Source of the DNA: ANME-2 cluster archaeon
GTDB taxonomy: Archaea; Halobacteriota; Methanosarcinia; Methanosarcinales; Methanocomedenaceae
NCBI GenBank assembly: GCA_014237145.1
Contig: JAAXOC010000110.1
Location: 25,639-89,638, forward strand
Direction of reading: 5' to 3'
DNA: 64,000 nucleotides
Part shown: in pieces, positions 21,385 to 31,100 of the stretch
How positions within the stretch are numbered: position 1 is the first letter of the stretch
Layout of the letters: each line of letters starts with the position of its first letter
The notes under the pieces: generated by a model
The model's input: only the letters and a program-made list of their open reading frames with translations
Database searches by the model: none
What the model was told of the DNA's origin: nothing
Translations under genes and position numbers: made by a program

Positions 21385-22485
21385 CTATATATTGTTATTT
21401 TTTGTCTCTTTTGGTTTTGCCTTAATATATTTTGGATTTTTCTCGCCAAAGGTCACATCCAGGATAGTACCTTTCCTAAGCTGTATTTTGATAAGTTTTT
21501 CAGCCCCATTATAATTCAAACCAAGTGCATCTTCCAGTTCCTGCACAGTGAAATGTTCATGGCTGTCCAGGAAACTTTCGAATATCTCGTCCAGTTTCTG
21601 TTTGTCATGTTCTGTATTGAACCAGCAGGCATAATGTTGTGCCATTTCATTTTTCCTATTAAAAGTTAGCTCCTCATTCAGGTCATAGAGATACAGGACA
21701 AAATTCGGATGCACAAATCTGAGAGTAAAATCTTTTATTTCCTCATCCCATGACCTGCTGAAAAGGCATACACATTTATGCTGGCCTTTTTTCAATTTAT
21801 TTGCATCTTTTTGTATCAGCTCGATCAACCGAACATCCTTTTTCTGATAGCGGGCTTCCAATACCAGCGGAACCTCAAGTAATGAACTTAATTTTGCTTT
21901 TATGTTATCATGTTCCTGGATATATTTCCAGTTCAAATCTCCGGCATAATCCCCGCCAAACAGGATTTCCGGCCTGTTCTTGCTGTACTTAGTCTGAAGC
22001 ATGTTCAGATAAAGATGTAATTCGTTCTTCAGATCCCGGGGTATCAATCCAATAGGGGACTCCTCTTTATTTGTGGATGCCTGGGATTGGTTTTTCAGTT
22101 CATCGGTTGGAATGAGCCTTGAATTGATGCTGTTTTCAAGATTATCAACTAAAATTGAGATACTTTTAACATGAATTTTCCCATTCAAATGTTCTTCTAA
22201 TCCGGAAATAAGTTCATAAGATGCTTGTTGTAATTGGTTTTCAGCAGTTATGAAATTGTCGTATGAATATATTTTTTTCTTAAATGCTGTAAGGTTTTTA
22301 TCTTGAACTTCCGCGGATAGGTTTGATAGTTTTTTTCGTAACTTTCGAAGTTCATGCGGTTTTTCAAAACTCCGGATCAATTTATAAAGGATTTGATTTG
22401 ATAATTCTATATTCTTCACTACACATTCAGTATTTACAGCCTGGACATTTACAAGTGAATTTATTTCCGGGGCATTATCTTGCAT
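21385..22485 (-). CDS. hypothetical protein in AT-rich island; coiled-coil N-half, possible PD-(D/E)xK-like nuclease C-half
   Basis: ORF 21385..22533 in track, likely start at internal ATG (MQDNAPEINS...); strongly AT-rich relative to flanks; GDYAGD...LEARYQKK segment weakly resembles restriction-endonuclease-like core. Confidence 0.4.
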   Translation of the reverse strand: MQDNAPEINSLVNVQAVNTECVVKNIELSNQILYKLIRSFEKPHELRKLRKKLSNLSAEVQDKNLTAFKKKIYSYDNFITAENQLQQASYELISGLEEHLNGKIHVKSISILVDNLENSINSRLIPTDELKNQSQASTNKEESPIGLIPRDLKNELHLYLNMLQTKYSKNRPEILFGGDYAGDLNWKYIQEHDNIKAKLSSLLEVPLVLEARYQKKDVRLIELIQKDANKLKKGQHKCVCLFSRSWDEEIKDFTLRFVHPNFVLYLYDLNEELTFNRKNEMAQHYACWFNTEHDKQKLDEIFESFLDSHEHFTVQELEDALGLNYNGAEKLIKIQLRKGTILDVTFGEKNPKYIKAKPKETKNNNI

Positions 22486-22747
22486 AATTTCACCCTCCAC
22501 TTTTAAAATTTTCAACTTTTCACCCCCATTCAAGATAAAACCTTTGAAGCCTTTGCTTGATGTGTTGCTGGCAAGAATGTTTGGATTATCATCTACATCC
22601 CTATGTGCGACCTGGGAACCAGATGCAATATGTTCTGCATGATGCCATTATCAATGTATTATTTGACCTGCATGCCCTTTTAGATTTCATTAAGCATTGC
22701 TGATAGAATCCTGCCACCTATTCGCATGCTATGACTGCCTGTCTTTA

Positions 22748-22925
22748 TCAGGCGTAGATCAATCTGCCCTTTGATGTTGGAATATTCCATCCCAGTTCTT
22801 TGGCTGTTTCTATCCATTCTTCAATTACAATAAGGGCGTTTCGAACGGCTTTTTTGCATGTCCTGCCGTCTGCCGTACCCTTACTGCTAATCCGTGGAGC
22901 ATACTTCGTGCTTCATAGGTCATTT
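22748..22925 (-). pseudogene. frameshifted remnant of a HicB-like (UPF0150) antitoxin
   Basis: Two frames on the reverse strand read MTYEARSMLHGLAVRVRQTAGHAKKPFETPLL* and KKAVRNALIVIEEWIETAKELGWNIPTSKGRLIYA*, together resembling a HicB-type antitoxin broken by a frameshift. Confidence 0.3.
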
Positions 22926-22935
22926 TAAAAACACC

Positions 22936-23232
22936 TTATGTGATCCGGGAATATTTTTTCAATTTTTCCCTTGCTTTTATACATTCATCGATCCAGTTTT
23001 TCAGAAGAACATTTGAACTGATACCTTCTTCAAGCGCAATTCCCCGCACTGACCTTGCACGTTCCTCACCCAGTGGAATGACCAGAACACCTTTATCCCG
23101 CTTAAATTCAACAGATATCTCATCATCATCCATGTCTTCAAAATAATCAGCTGAATCGTGGGTGTCCCAGAAGTCCCTCATTTCCTGTTCCGTCTTGAAC
23201 TGTGGAATTTTTTTCATCATTATACTATTCAC
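22936..23232 (-). CDS. BrnA-like antitoxin (type II TA)
   Basis: 98 aa; DSADYFED...LVIPLGEERARSVRGIALEEGIS pattern of BrnA family; overlaps toxin gene by 4 nt. Confidence 0.6.
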   Translation of the reverse strand: MNSIMMKKIPQFKTEQEMRDFWDTHDSADYFEDMDDDEISVEFKRDKGVLVIPLGEERARSVRGIALEEGISSNVLLKNWIDECIKAREKLKKYSRIT

Positions 23233-23498
23233 CTCTTAAGATATAATTTTTTTTCGCGTTTTGTCATATCTCTTGCAGTAATTATCCGGACAACTCCTGT
23301 CCCGAGATATAAATATACAACAAACAAATACCGCCCACTACTTGTTTGACCATAAACATACCGCGTCCCATCCCTCCCGATCCTGAAATATGGATCACCA
23401 ATGAACACACTTTCAACTTCGAATTTGGTTACGTTATGCCTCCACTGAATGTGTTTTTCATTTTCTTCATCCCATTGAAATTCTATTATTTTAATCAA
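23229..23498 (-). CDS. BrnT-like (DUF497) toxin
   Basis: 89 aa; FEWDEEK-type N-terminus (FQWDEENEKHIQWRHNV) and RIITARDMTKREKKLY C-terminus. Confidence 0.65.
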   Translation of the reverse strand: MIKIIEFQWDEENEKHIQWRHNVTKFEVESVFIGDPYFRIGRDGTRYVYGQTSSGRYLFVVYLYLGTGVVRIITARDMTKREKKLYLKR

Positions 23499-23650
23499 AA
23501 TGTTCCGCCTCGTTTAAGAAGTTCTCCAATCTCTCCCTTATCAATAACGACCTGGATATTGTGATCACACTTGATCCTGACTGTCGATTCATGTGCTATA
23601 CTTAGTATTTCATCCTTGTCGAGCTTTACTGGCCATATAATCTCCTTTTC

Positions 23651-24952
23651 TTACAATTTCGCTCCACATTCAAAGCAGAATTTCTCATCACCTTCAACCT
23701 CCTTACCACAATTTGAACACGTGATCTTACCTGCTCCTAAATTGGAACGCTGGATTACGGAATCACTTACTTGACTCCCGATTTTATCGCCTATATGAAT
23801 ATATTGTACTGTGCCATTGGTCGCAGGTTTCTCAATTGCTTCAGGCTTTCGCTTATATCGAAGAAGTAAACCGATTAACAGTAAAATAATTATTATACTA
23901 CCGATCAACACCCAGCCGGGTGGTATTGACAAAGTTCCGGGAGGTGTTGAACCTAGTGGATTTTCAGCTCCAATTATAACTGTAGGTTCCGGAGAAGTAT
24001 ATTTACGGACACGTACCCAATCTATATAATGGATTTCGCCACCCCATGAATATAACTGCAAATAGAGTTGATCATTTGGTATATTTTTTGTAACTGTTAT
24101 TTTAGGATCATATTGCCGGAATGTCTCTATTTTTTCTGATGACCTTGTCATTCCGAGAACTTCAAAGGAAGTTGGGAATCTTTCGTTATTTGTATTCGAA
24201 TGAAATATCTTATCATTAAGTGTTACCAAAAGCATTTCATCAGTATTTTCCCAGCTACCAAACTCAAATCTGTCGTTTGCATCAAGTATATTATAGTCAT
24301 TCGTTGAACGCAGCAAGGACTTTGGCAGATTGCCAGTATCGCTTATTTTTGAGAATGATTCGAAAATATGATCATATCCAAAGGCTTCGACCTTCTCAGA
24401 TACAATACAATCACCATTTAAACTCAAAACACTATCAGAAACTGAAGGTTTTCCGTAATTTATATGCCATTTCGATTCGTCTATTCCGGTCCCGCCAAAA
24501 TCATCAAAGAAATCAAATGTTGCTTCGCCATTACTTACTTCGATTGCTGACGGATTGTTATAGTACATCAGCAATTTGGTTTCACCATTTGCCGGGATTC
24601 TTGGTACTTTTACCCAAATTATTGCTTTATTGCTGCTGTAATCCCACAATTCGATCCAGTGAGTGAGTTCCTTACTATTTTCATCTGCAAATCTTATGTC
24701 AATACCATCGGGTTTTGCTTCAAGTGGGAAATTCGTTCCTGAAAGTTCTACAAGCACTTGAAAATCTACAAGGGTTTTTCCACTATTTTCCTGTACGCTT
24801 ATCTCCTCATAGTCCTCCCATGATCCACCTCCCGAATTCGACAATGTGGGAGATGCCACGTGCTTATGAGACCTGCTATCAGCACCAACGCAATAATCCC
24901 TATCGCAAAGGTGTGCACCGCAGAACGCATTCGTATTGTCATAATATTTCAC
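23651..24952 (-). CDS. membrane protein with DUF2341 + concanavalin/LamG-like ectodomain, single TM and C-terminal zinc ribbon tail
   Basis: 433 aa; DUF2341 signature (DGIDIRFADENSKELTHWIELWD...AIIWVKVPRIPANGETKLLMYYNN); TM GWVLIGSIIIILLLIGLLLRYKRK; tail SVIQRSNLGAGKITCSNCGKEVEGDEKFCFECGAKL. Confidence 0.7.
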   Translation of the reverse strand: MKYYDNTNAFCGAHLCDRDYCVGADSRSHKHVASPTLSNSGGGSWEDYEEISVQENSGKTLVDFQVLVELSGTNFPLEAKPDGIDIRFADENSKELTHWIELWDYSSNKAIIWVKVPRIPANGETKLLMYYNNPSAIEVSNGEATFDFFDDFGGTGIDESKWHINYGKPSVSDSVLSLNGDCIVSEKVEAFGYDHIFESFSKISDTGNLPKSLLRSTNDYNILDANDRFEFGSWENTDEMLLVTLNDKIFHSNTNNERFPTSFEVLGMTRSSEKIETFRQYDPKITVTKNIPNDQLYLQLYSWGGEIHYIDWVRVRKYTSPEPTVIIGAENPLGSTPPGTLSIPPGWVLIGSIIIILLLIGLLLRYKRKPEAIEKPATNGTVQYIHIGDKIGSQVSDSVIQRSNLGAGKITCSNCGKEVEGDEKFCFECGAKL

Positions 24953-25009
24953 CGCTCTTAATTTCGCTTCATACTCAGATAGTTTTTATTATTTCCTGGA
25001 ACGGTTTAT

Positions 25010-25077
25010 AACCACAGAGTGCACAGAGAGCACAGAGAAAACAATAACGCTCTGTGCCCTCTGTGTTCTCCGTGGTT
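25010..25077. repeat. short palindromic CACAGAG-type intergenic repeat, copy 2
   Basis: aaccacagagtgcacagagagcacagag...ctctgtgccctctgtgttctccgtggtt; same termini and core as 16827-16891. Confidence 0.7.
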
Positions 25078-25134
25078 GATCTTCTTTGCCATGATCCATA
25101 AGGTTTGCATCTACTACTACCGCTACTTAACGAA

Positions 25135-25383
25135 CTATGCTTTCGCAGCAATTCGAAATACCGATTCTTGATGAGATTTTATTTTTTTTACAGATATTTC
25201 TTCCACTGTTTTTTCTATGTACTCATCCGACTCTGCTGTTAAGTATTCCATGCCGCAGATCGTGCAAATATCTGCATCAACATTTTCAATCGCAATTAAT
25301 CCTTGTTCAGATTCGGTGATGAATTTGGTTTTACTTCGTTCCATTTTTCCACCGCAATCAGGACATTTTTTTAATCTTGCCAT
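25135..25383 (-). CDS. YgiT-type zinc-finger protein (MqsA-like antitoxin N-domain)
   Basis: 82 aa; CPDCGG...CTICGMEY four-cysteine arrangement. Confidence 0.55.
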   Translation of the reverse strand: MARLKKCPDCGGKMERSKTKFITESEQGLIAIENVDADICTICGMEYLTAESDEYIEKTVEEISVKKIKSHQESVFRIAAKA

Positions 25384-25516
25384 ATCTACCTACTTTTCAG
25401 CCCATGGGGTCTGGTTTATTATTTTAACTTTGTACTGGATAATAGCACCCTTTTCTTCGACTTTCTCTGAAACAATCCATTCACCACCGTGATTCCAGAT
25501 CGGTTCACCATATATT

Positions 25517-25774
25517 TCAGGCAACAACCTCCTCGTATGCGTAGGTATGCCCGATCAAGCGATATGCTTCAGTAAATCCCTGCTCAAGCTCTTTTCGGAT
25601 TTTCTGCATATTCTCATTAGTTTTTTTTGCATAGTAACGTTCTCCGCATTTCGTGCATACACCAGCTTCGATCGTGAGTACTGCTGAATTACAGCCTCCT
25701 ATAACGACCTTTTCTACTGTTTTCTCGACCACCTCGCCTCCGCAGTGGGGACAGACCGGGATTATCTTTTTCAT
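25517..25774 (-). CDS. YgiT-type zinc-finger protein (putative antitoxin partner of DUF4258)
   Basis: 85 aa; CPHCGG...CTKCGERYY. Confidence 0.6.
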   Translation of the reverse strand: MKKIIPVCPHCGGEVVEKTVEKVVIGGCNSAVLTIEAGVCTKCGERYYAKKTNENMQKIRKELEQGFTEAYRLIGHTYAYEEVVA

Positions 25775-25779
25775 TTATT

Positions 25780-26112
25780 TCACCTCTTTGGTTTTCTCAT
25801 TTTATAATTAATCCACCTTTCAGGGTCAGGTATATATGCAGCTATAAGCACTGCGATTTCATGCTTTTCTGAATGTGCCCAAACACTGTGGATATGCCTG
25901 TTATTTTTATCATTACCACATATAAGACAGCTTGGAAATGGTTTATCGTCAGCATAGTCTTCTATCACTTCACCATGCAGTACTGAAAAATACAGGTCAT
26001 TATCTTCGATAGCATCATTTGCAAGCTCATCATCTGCATGGTCTGAGATGTTTACATTTCCTTTTCGTATAGCTTCCTGTATTTTTGCATTTCCATCAGC
26101 TATTTCCTCCAA
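25780..26112 (-). CDS. DUF4258-family protein (putative toxin)
   Basis: ORF 25780..26190 in track overlaps upstream gene; a TTG at 26110-26112 is a plausible start; C-terminal HIHSVWAHSEKHEIAVLIAAYIPDPERW resembles DUF4258. Confidence 0.45.
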   Translation of the reverse strand: MEEIADGNAKIQEAIRKGNVNISDHADDELANDAIEDNDLYFSVLHGEVIEDYADDKPFPSCLICGNDKNNRHIHSVWAHSEKHEIAVLIAAYIPDPERWINYKMRKPKR

Positions 26113-26692
26113 GTTTCGCCCCGCACCCAAGGCAGAATTTCTCGTTAGCTTCCACTTCCCTGCCGCATTCGGGACATTGTGCCCTTGCACCGAGGTCGAT
26201 GTTTGAGCGCTGGATGATGTTATCTTTTATTTCAGTCTTGTGTACATGATACTGGATTATCCCCTCTTCAATGAATATCTTGATGTCAAGCCTTTTCTCG
26301 ATCTCATCCAGAATCCTGTGATAAAAGCCAGTCAGAGCTTCCTCCTTCTCAGCCCATGCCTTGAGTATCATCCTGGATCTGCGCCCGCCTACTACTTCAA
26401 TATAGGCGGCATAACGCAGTCCGGCAGCACCTTCGGCATAGAACATGCCCACGCCTGTGAATAACTGGGGTGTGGATGTGATCTCCGGCGGTATCATGTA
26501 CATGCTCATATCTTTCAGTATACGGGTGGCTATATTGAACAGGTTCTCTGCCGGGATGTCAAGGTCTTTGGTGTTCTCTTCGGCTTTTATCAGTTCTTCG
26601 GTTGCATTTCTCCAGCTGTCCTCGTCGATATCTTTTCTTTTCAGGACCGGGCAGACAATGCTTATCATTTTCTTTTTGATGTCAATAAACAC
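26096..26692 (-). CDS. soluble paralog consisting only of the conserved cytoplasmic module + zinc ribbon
   Basis: 198 aa; roughly two-thirds identical by eye to residues ~365-563 of the 19690..21381 product (SIVCPVLKRKD...PQLFTGVGMFYAEGAAGLRYAAYIEVVGGRRSRMILKAWAEKEEAL...IIQRSNIDLGARAQCPECGREVEANEKFCLGCGAKL); no TM. Confidence 0.65.
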   Translation of the reverse strand: MFIDIKKKMISIVCPVLKRKDIDEDSWRNATEELIKAEENTKDLDIPAENLFNIATRILKDMSMYMIPPEITSTPQLFTGVGMFYAEGAAGLRYAAYIEVVGGRRSRMILKAWAEKEEALTGFYHRILDEIEKRLDIKIFIEEGIIQYHVHKTEIKDNIIQRSNIDLGARAQCPECGREVEANEKFCLGCGAKLGGNS

Positions 26693-26710
26693 CGGACTGC
26701 GACCCCAATT

Positions 26711-27775
26711 CTACGTATCCGCAATCACCTCTCGCACCGCAAGCAAATCCAGTCTCGACTGGGCCCTCATCATATTCTCTGATGGGTCTACGAAAATAAT
26801 GTTATTTCTTACAAGATAGCTTATCTCTGGCGTAATATGCCCATACGCATGGTTCACGTTCTCTTTTAACTTTGATAACTCCTCTACTAAGTTATCATAG
26901 ACAACTTCGTGAAGTTCTCCTCGAAACTCGATCTCCTCTCCGTAAGCCAGAAGAGAATTTAATAATTCGCTTATCTGGCTCATTCTGACCTTTAGCATCT
27001 TCGCAACCATTTTCTCCACATCTTCTACCCTTGTTAGTTCTACAAGGTAAACTGGCTTACCCCCGCAATAATTCCATGCAAGTTCCTTCTCTTTCTCGCT
27101 AAATTCATAGTTCTCCAAAAAACCCATTGTCGTATCTTTATCAAAATCGTCCACCAGCAGATATCTGCACCGCCCGGAGAGCATCGCCTCACTATAAACC
27201 TGCTCGATGAAGAGTGAATCCGATGAAACAGCAAAAATGTGGCACAGATGTAATTCCTTTGTCAGTCTGATAAAAAAATTAAATAATTTATACATCAATA
27301 ATTCATTGATCTTTATGTCTCCAATCACCTGCAGCTCATCGATGATCAACACCGGAATGCGGTTTTTTGATATCTCTGTAAAGAACTGCTCGATGTATTT
27401 GAACATATCTTTGCTTTTATCTTTCTTTTCAAATATCCGCTCAAACAGATTTATTGGTATCGGAATTCCACTGACTGCTCCCAGATCCTTTATTATCGAT
27501 TTCGCATACTCGGAAACGTTATCAACCCCGCCCCTCTCGTCGATCTCGAATAGGATGTTTAAGAAGTCTTCATAGTCAGTAATGAACCTCCCACGCAGAT
27601 TGACGTAGAAAGGGGCATAATCATCTGGCAGTTCTTTAACCAGATGGCTAATCATTGTGGTCTTTCCGCTGTTGATCGGACCGTAGACAAACGTTATCAG
27701 GGATGGCTCTGCATTCAGAATATCCATGATCTCTTTCGTCTCCTTTTCCCTATCGTAAAATTCAATTCGTCTCAT
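26711..27775 (-). CDS. archaeal ATPase (PF01637-like P-loop NTPase with C-terminal wHTH)
   Basis: 354 aa; RRIEFYDREKE...FVYGPINSGKTT Walker A, LIIDELQ Walker B context typical of Arch_ATPase. Confidence 0.75.
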   Translation of the reverse strand: MRRIEFYDREKETKEIMDILNAEPSLITFVYGPINSGKTTMISHLVKELPDDYAPFYVNLRGRFITDYEDFLNILFEIDERGGVDNVSEYAKSIIKDLGAVSGIPIPINLFERIFEKKDKSKDMFKYIEQFFTEISKNRIPVLIIDELQVIGDIKINELLMYKLFNFFIRLTKELHLCHIFAVSSDSLFIEQVYSEAMLSGRCRYLLVDDFDKDTTMGFLENYEFSEKEKELAWNYCGGKPVYLVELTRVEDVEKMVAKMLKVRMSQISELLNSLLAYGEEIEFRGELHEVVYDNLVEELSKLKENVNHAYGHITPEISYLVRNNIIFVDPSENMMRAQSRLDLLAVREVIADT

Positions 27776-27857
27776 ATTCTTTCCCTCCTCATGTATGCCG
27801 CCAGCAACCCGATGATCGCGCCAACCACCACGAATCCGGGCGTGCTCATCCCATGGA

Positions 27858-28094
27858 TCACCCCATTATCCCCATTCCCTGAACTATCCACCAAATCATT
27901 CCCTGACCCTTATCGAAATGCCACTTTGCGACAAGCCCGGCATTCCCCTGCACCGACACCATAGCCCCGCAGTGTGGACACTTACTCACCTTTGCACCTG
28001 CCCCTACCCCTGCCGAAACCGGCTTAGCCGCATCCATCAACTTAGCATCCAGCTCCTGCCTGCGGTAGGCATCCTTGCGCTCCCTATCCTTCAT
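27858..28094 (-). pseudogene. orphan duplicated 3' fragment of the SPFH-zinc-ribbon gene (zinc-ribbon tail cassette), frameshifted
   Basis: DNA 27900-28094 aligns at about 90% identity by eye with 31350-31560 (3' end of 31347..32654); translation MKDRERKDAYRRQELDAKLMDAAKPVSAGVGAGAKVSKCPHCGAMVSVQ then diverges by frameshift. Confidence 0.65.
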
Positions 28095-28140
28095 AAATAT
28101 GATCTTGTCCTCCTTTCATACTCAGTATAATCTCCTCTTT

Positions 28141-31100
28141 TCACAATTTTGCCCCGCACTCAAGACAGAACTTCTGTTCATCCTCAACCTCTATGCCGCA
28201 GTTTGGGCACTTCTTCGTACCTGCGCCAATAGTTGACCGCTCGACATTAGAATCCTTAATGTGGATGCTTACATTGTTGGCATTATTTGCAATACTACTC
28301 CTACGCACCCAGCTATCCTCTATTACCACATTTCCATCGCATATTCCATTAATATCGCAGGCGCCTAAAAGGTTGCTCCGCATTATTTGGGAATCTTTGA
28401 TGGAGACATTGAATACAGGTGCGAGTTTTCCAAGAGCTTCTCCTCTTTTTGAAAAATTTCGTCCAAGCTCAGCAAACAAACCTATTATATCTTCCTGATC
28501 CGGAGCTGCCACAAAGATTTCAATTCTTTCAGTCTCTTTGCTTACACTTGCCTTGATTACAAGATCGATCATCTTAACCTTTGTCTTTCCGTAGTACCAT
28601 GTCTCATAGGTCTTGTCATCAGTAGTCTTAAAAGTCCTCACATGGCGCACATCATGCATTTGGATGACCTCGCGGCACAGTGTCAGTGCCTTATTTATAC
28701 TAACTCCACTGGGCAGTAAAAATTCCTTACTGCTCTGGGCAGGAAGCGAGGCAACAAGTTCCTTCAGCCTGCCAATATTTATGTCCTGCTCGGTTTTGAA
28801 CAATGGGCATACGATTGGAATTTTTACAGGTTCCATTCTAACCAAATCAGGTTTACCATAAGCATCTTTGTAGTCAATCCTGCAATTAATTACCCCACCC
28901 TTCGAGCAGATTAAGCCCTCAAAATACAATACGATTGTTTTATCGCCATTTGATGCTATATTTCCAAGCTGAATCTTTTCCTTTTTCATAGCATAAGTAT
29001 TTGGTTCGTGATGATCGAATCTCAAGACGTTCTCATCATGCTCGATATCAAGGGAGACATCTGTGGCTGTAAGCTGCATTTTGTTTTGTACTGATATTTT
29101 AAGACGGATAAACCCATTGAAGAAATCATCTTTTCGGAGAACCACAAACTTATTGGAATCAGTCATAACCTTTTCACTTGGACTCGTAACACTTTCCCCT
29201 GCCGTCTCTATGTCTGTACTTATCTGGATTATTGCTGTATCCTCAGTCTTGTAGACTCTATCCAAAATATCTTTAAATTCTACAACGTAGTCGACTGGAA
29301 CTTCTCCTTTTTCAGTTGGTTTTATGTTAACATTTATAGTTTTTTGCTTACCAGCCTCAAGTCTTTTGATAATTTTAAAGTCTCGCACCTCAAGAGCTGT
29401 TAAGAAAGTAATCGTTATGGCTACGGCATGAGCAGTTCCCTTGTTTGTTACTATTAAATCCCGATGTTTCCAGGCTTTGTACTCCATCTTTGGTGGCAGT
29501 TCTATGCTAATTGAAGGCTTGCTTTCGTCAATTAATTGTTCAGTTGTGCCCCTACTCTTATTAGCGTAACTTATCGCACTGTTGTAATCATTTGCATCAA
29601 AAGCAGACTGTGCTTTGGTGTTTAGTTCTTCACCACTCTGCACTGTGACGCCAAGCTTTTTGGCTTTTTCCAGTGAATTTTTCGCAATTTTTATTTTTTC
29701 TGCTGTATCAGTTCGCAACTGCTCTAACTCTCTCTGCTTGCGTGCCTGTTCTGCTTTTTGTTGTTCATAATCCTTCACTGCAATATTTATATTTTCACTG
29801 CATTTGTGTGCATACTCTTTAGCAGTTGCAAAATGTCCTGCATCAACTTCTTTTCGTGCGTCCTGCAACAATTGTTGAATACTCTGTTGAATATTCACGC
29901 CTCTGTTCATCGCATCCTGTAAATCAATTTCTACATCTTGAATGGCTGACTTTGCTTTTTCTAGCGGTGAATAGTTTTTAGTAGGTATAAAATTAGGTTC
30001 TAATGCTGAACGTTTTGCTGGCTTATGTGACTTTTGGGATGAAGTTTGTATCACTTCCGGCGCCATTCTCCTTCTTTTTCCAACAGCGACAATGCCACCT
30101 AATACAATCATAGCGCCTACCCCAATAAATAACCAGTTTGTATCATTTATATCACTTGTGGCTGGTATGGAATTAACGTTTAACAGATGGACACCATTGC
30201 CCCCAACTGCAAGAAAAGATCCGTCAGGAGAGGTTGAAACACTATGGACAAAAAAAGGTGTGTTATAAGTCCATAGTTTTTTGCCATTTCGGTTAAAGAA
30301 GTGGACTAAGCCGCCATTGCCTCCTGCTGCCACAAAGGAGCCATCTGTTGAGATAGAAACTCCCCAGATATCCTCATGCTTTATATTTCCCCAGAAATCT
30401 TTCTTCGCATTATAATTCCAGAGTTCAGCGCCATTATGGTCTAATAGGTAGATATTTCCATTCGTACCTCCTGCTGCCACATAGGAACCATCAGCAGATA
30501 TGGAAATTTTTTGGACACTTCTGTCATCATTTATAGCATATAAATCATAGTTCCAGAGTTTTTTACCATCGCCATTAAAGAGATATATATCAGAATCCAT
30601 TACAGCGGCGATAGAAGAACCATCTGCAGATATAGCGATGTCGTCTACTTCATGAACTGTATCATAAGTCCAAAGTATTTCACCATTGAGATTGAAAAGG
30701 TAGATGGTCCCATTTGGATGGTTTCGCCAGTCACCACTACCGACTGCCACATAGGCTCCATCTGAGGACATTGCGATGCCATTAACTTTATCAGATATAT
30801 TATAGTTCCATAGTTTCTCACCATCAAGATTAAACAGATAAACATTGTTATTATCCCAACCAACTCCCGCTGCCACATAAGAACCATCGTCGGATATAGC
30901 GACATCCCAAACAGCATATTCCATTTTATAGTTCCATAATTTTTCACCATTATTATTGAGGAGGATAACATTACCCATCTGTTCACCATAGCTATCACCA
31001 CTACCAACCGCAATATAGGAACCGTCAGCAGACATGGCGACATCCCAAGCAATCTGATCAAGTTCATAATTCCAATCGAAGTAATCTATTGGCTCTGTAG

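Noticed and set aside
25384-25516. Possible small toxin-like ORF (...EIYGEPIWNHGGEWIVSEKVEEKGAIIQYKVKIINQTPWAEK) between the two YgiT genes
   Set aside because: It would need a TTG start overlapping the upstream gene, and it matches no family, so it is too speculative.
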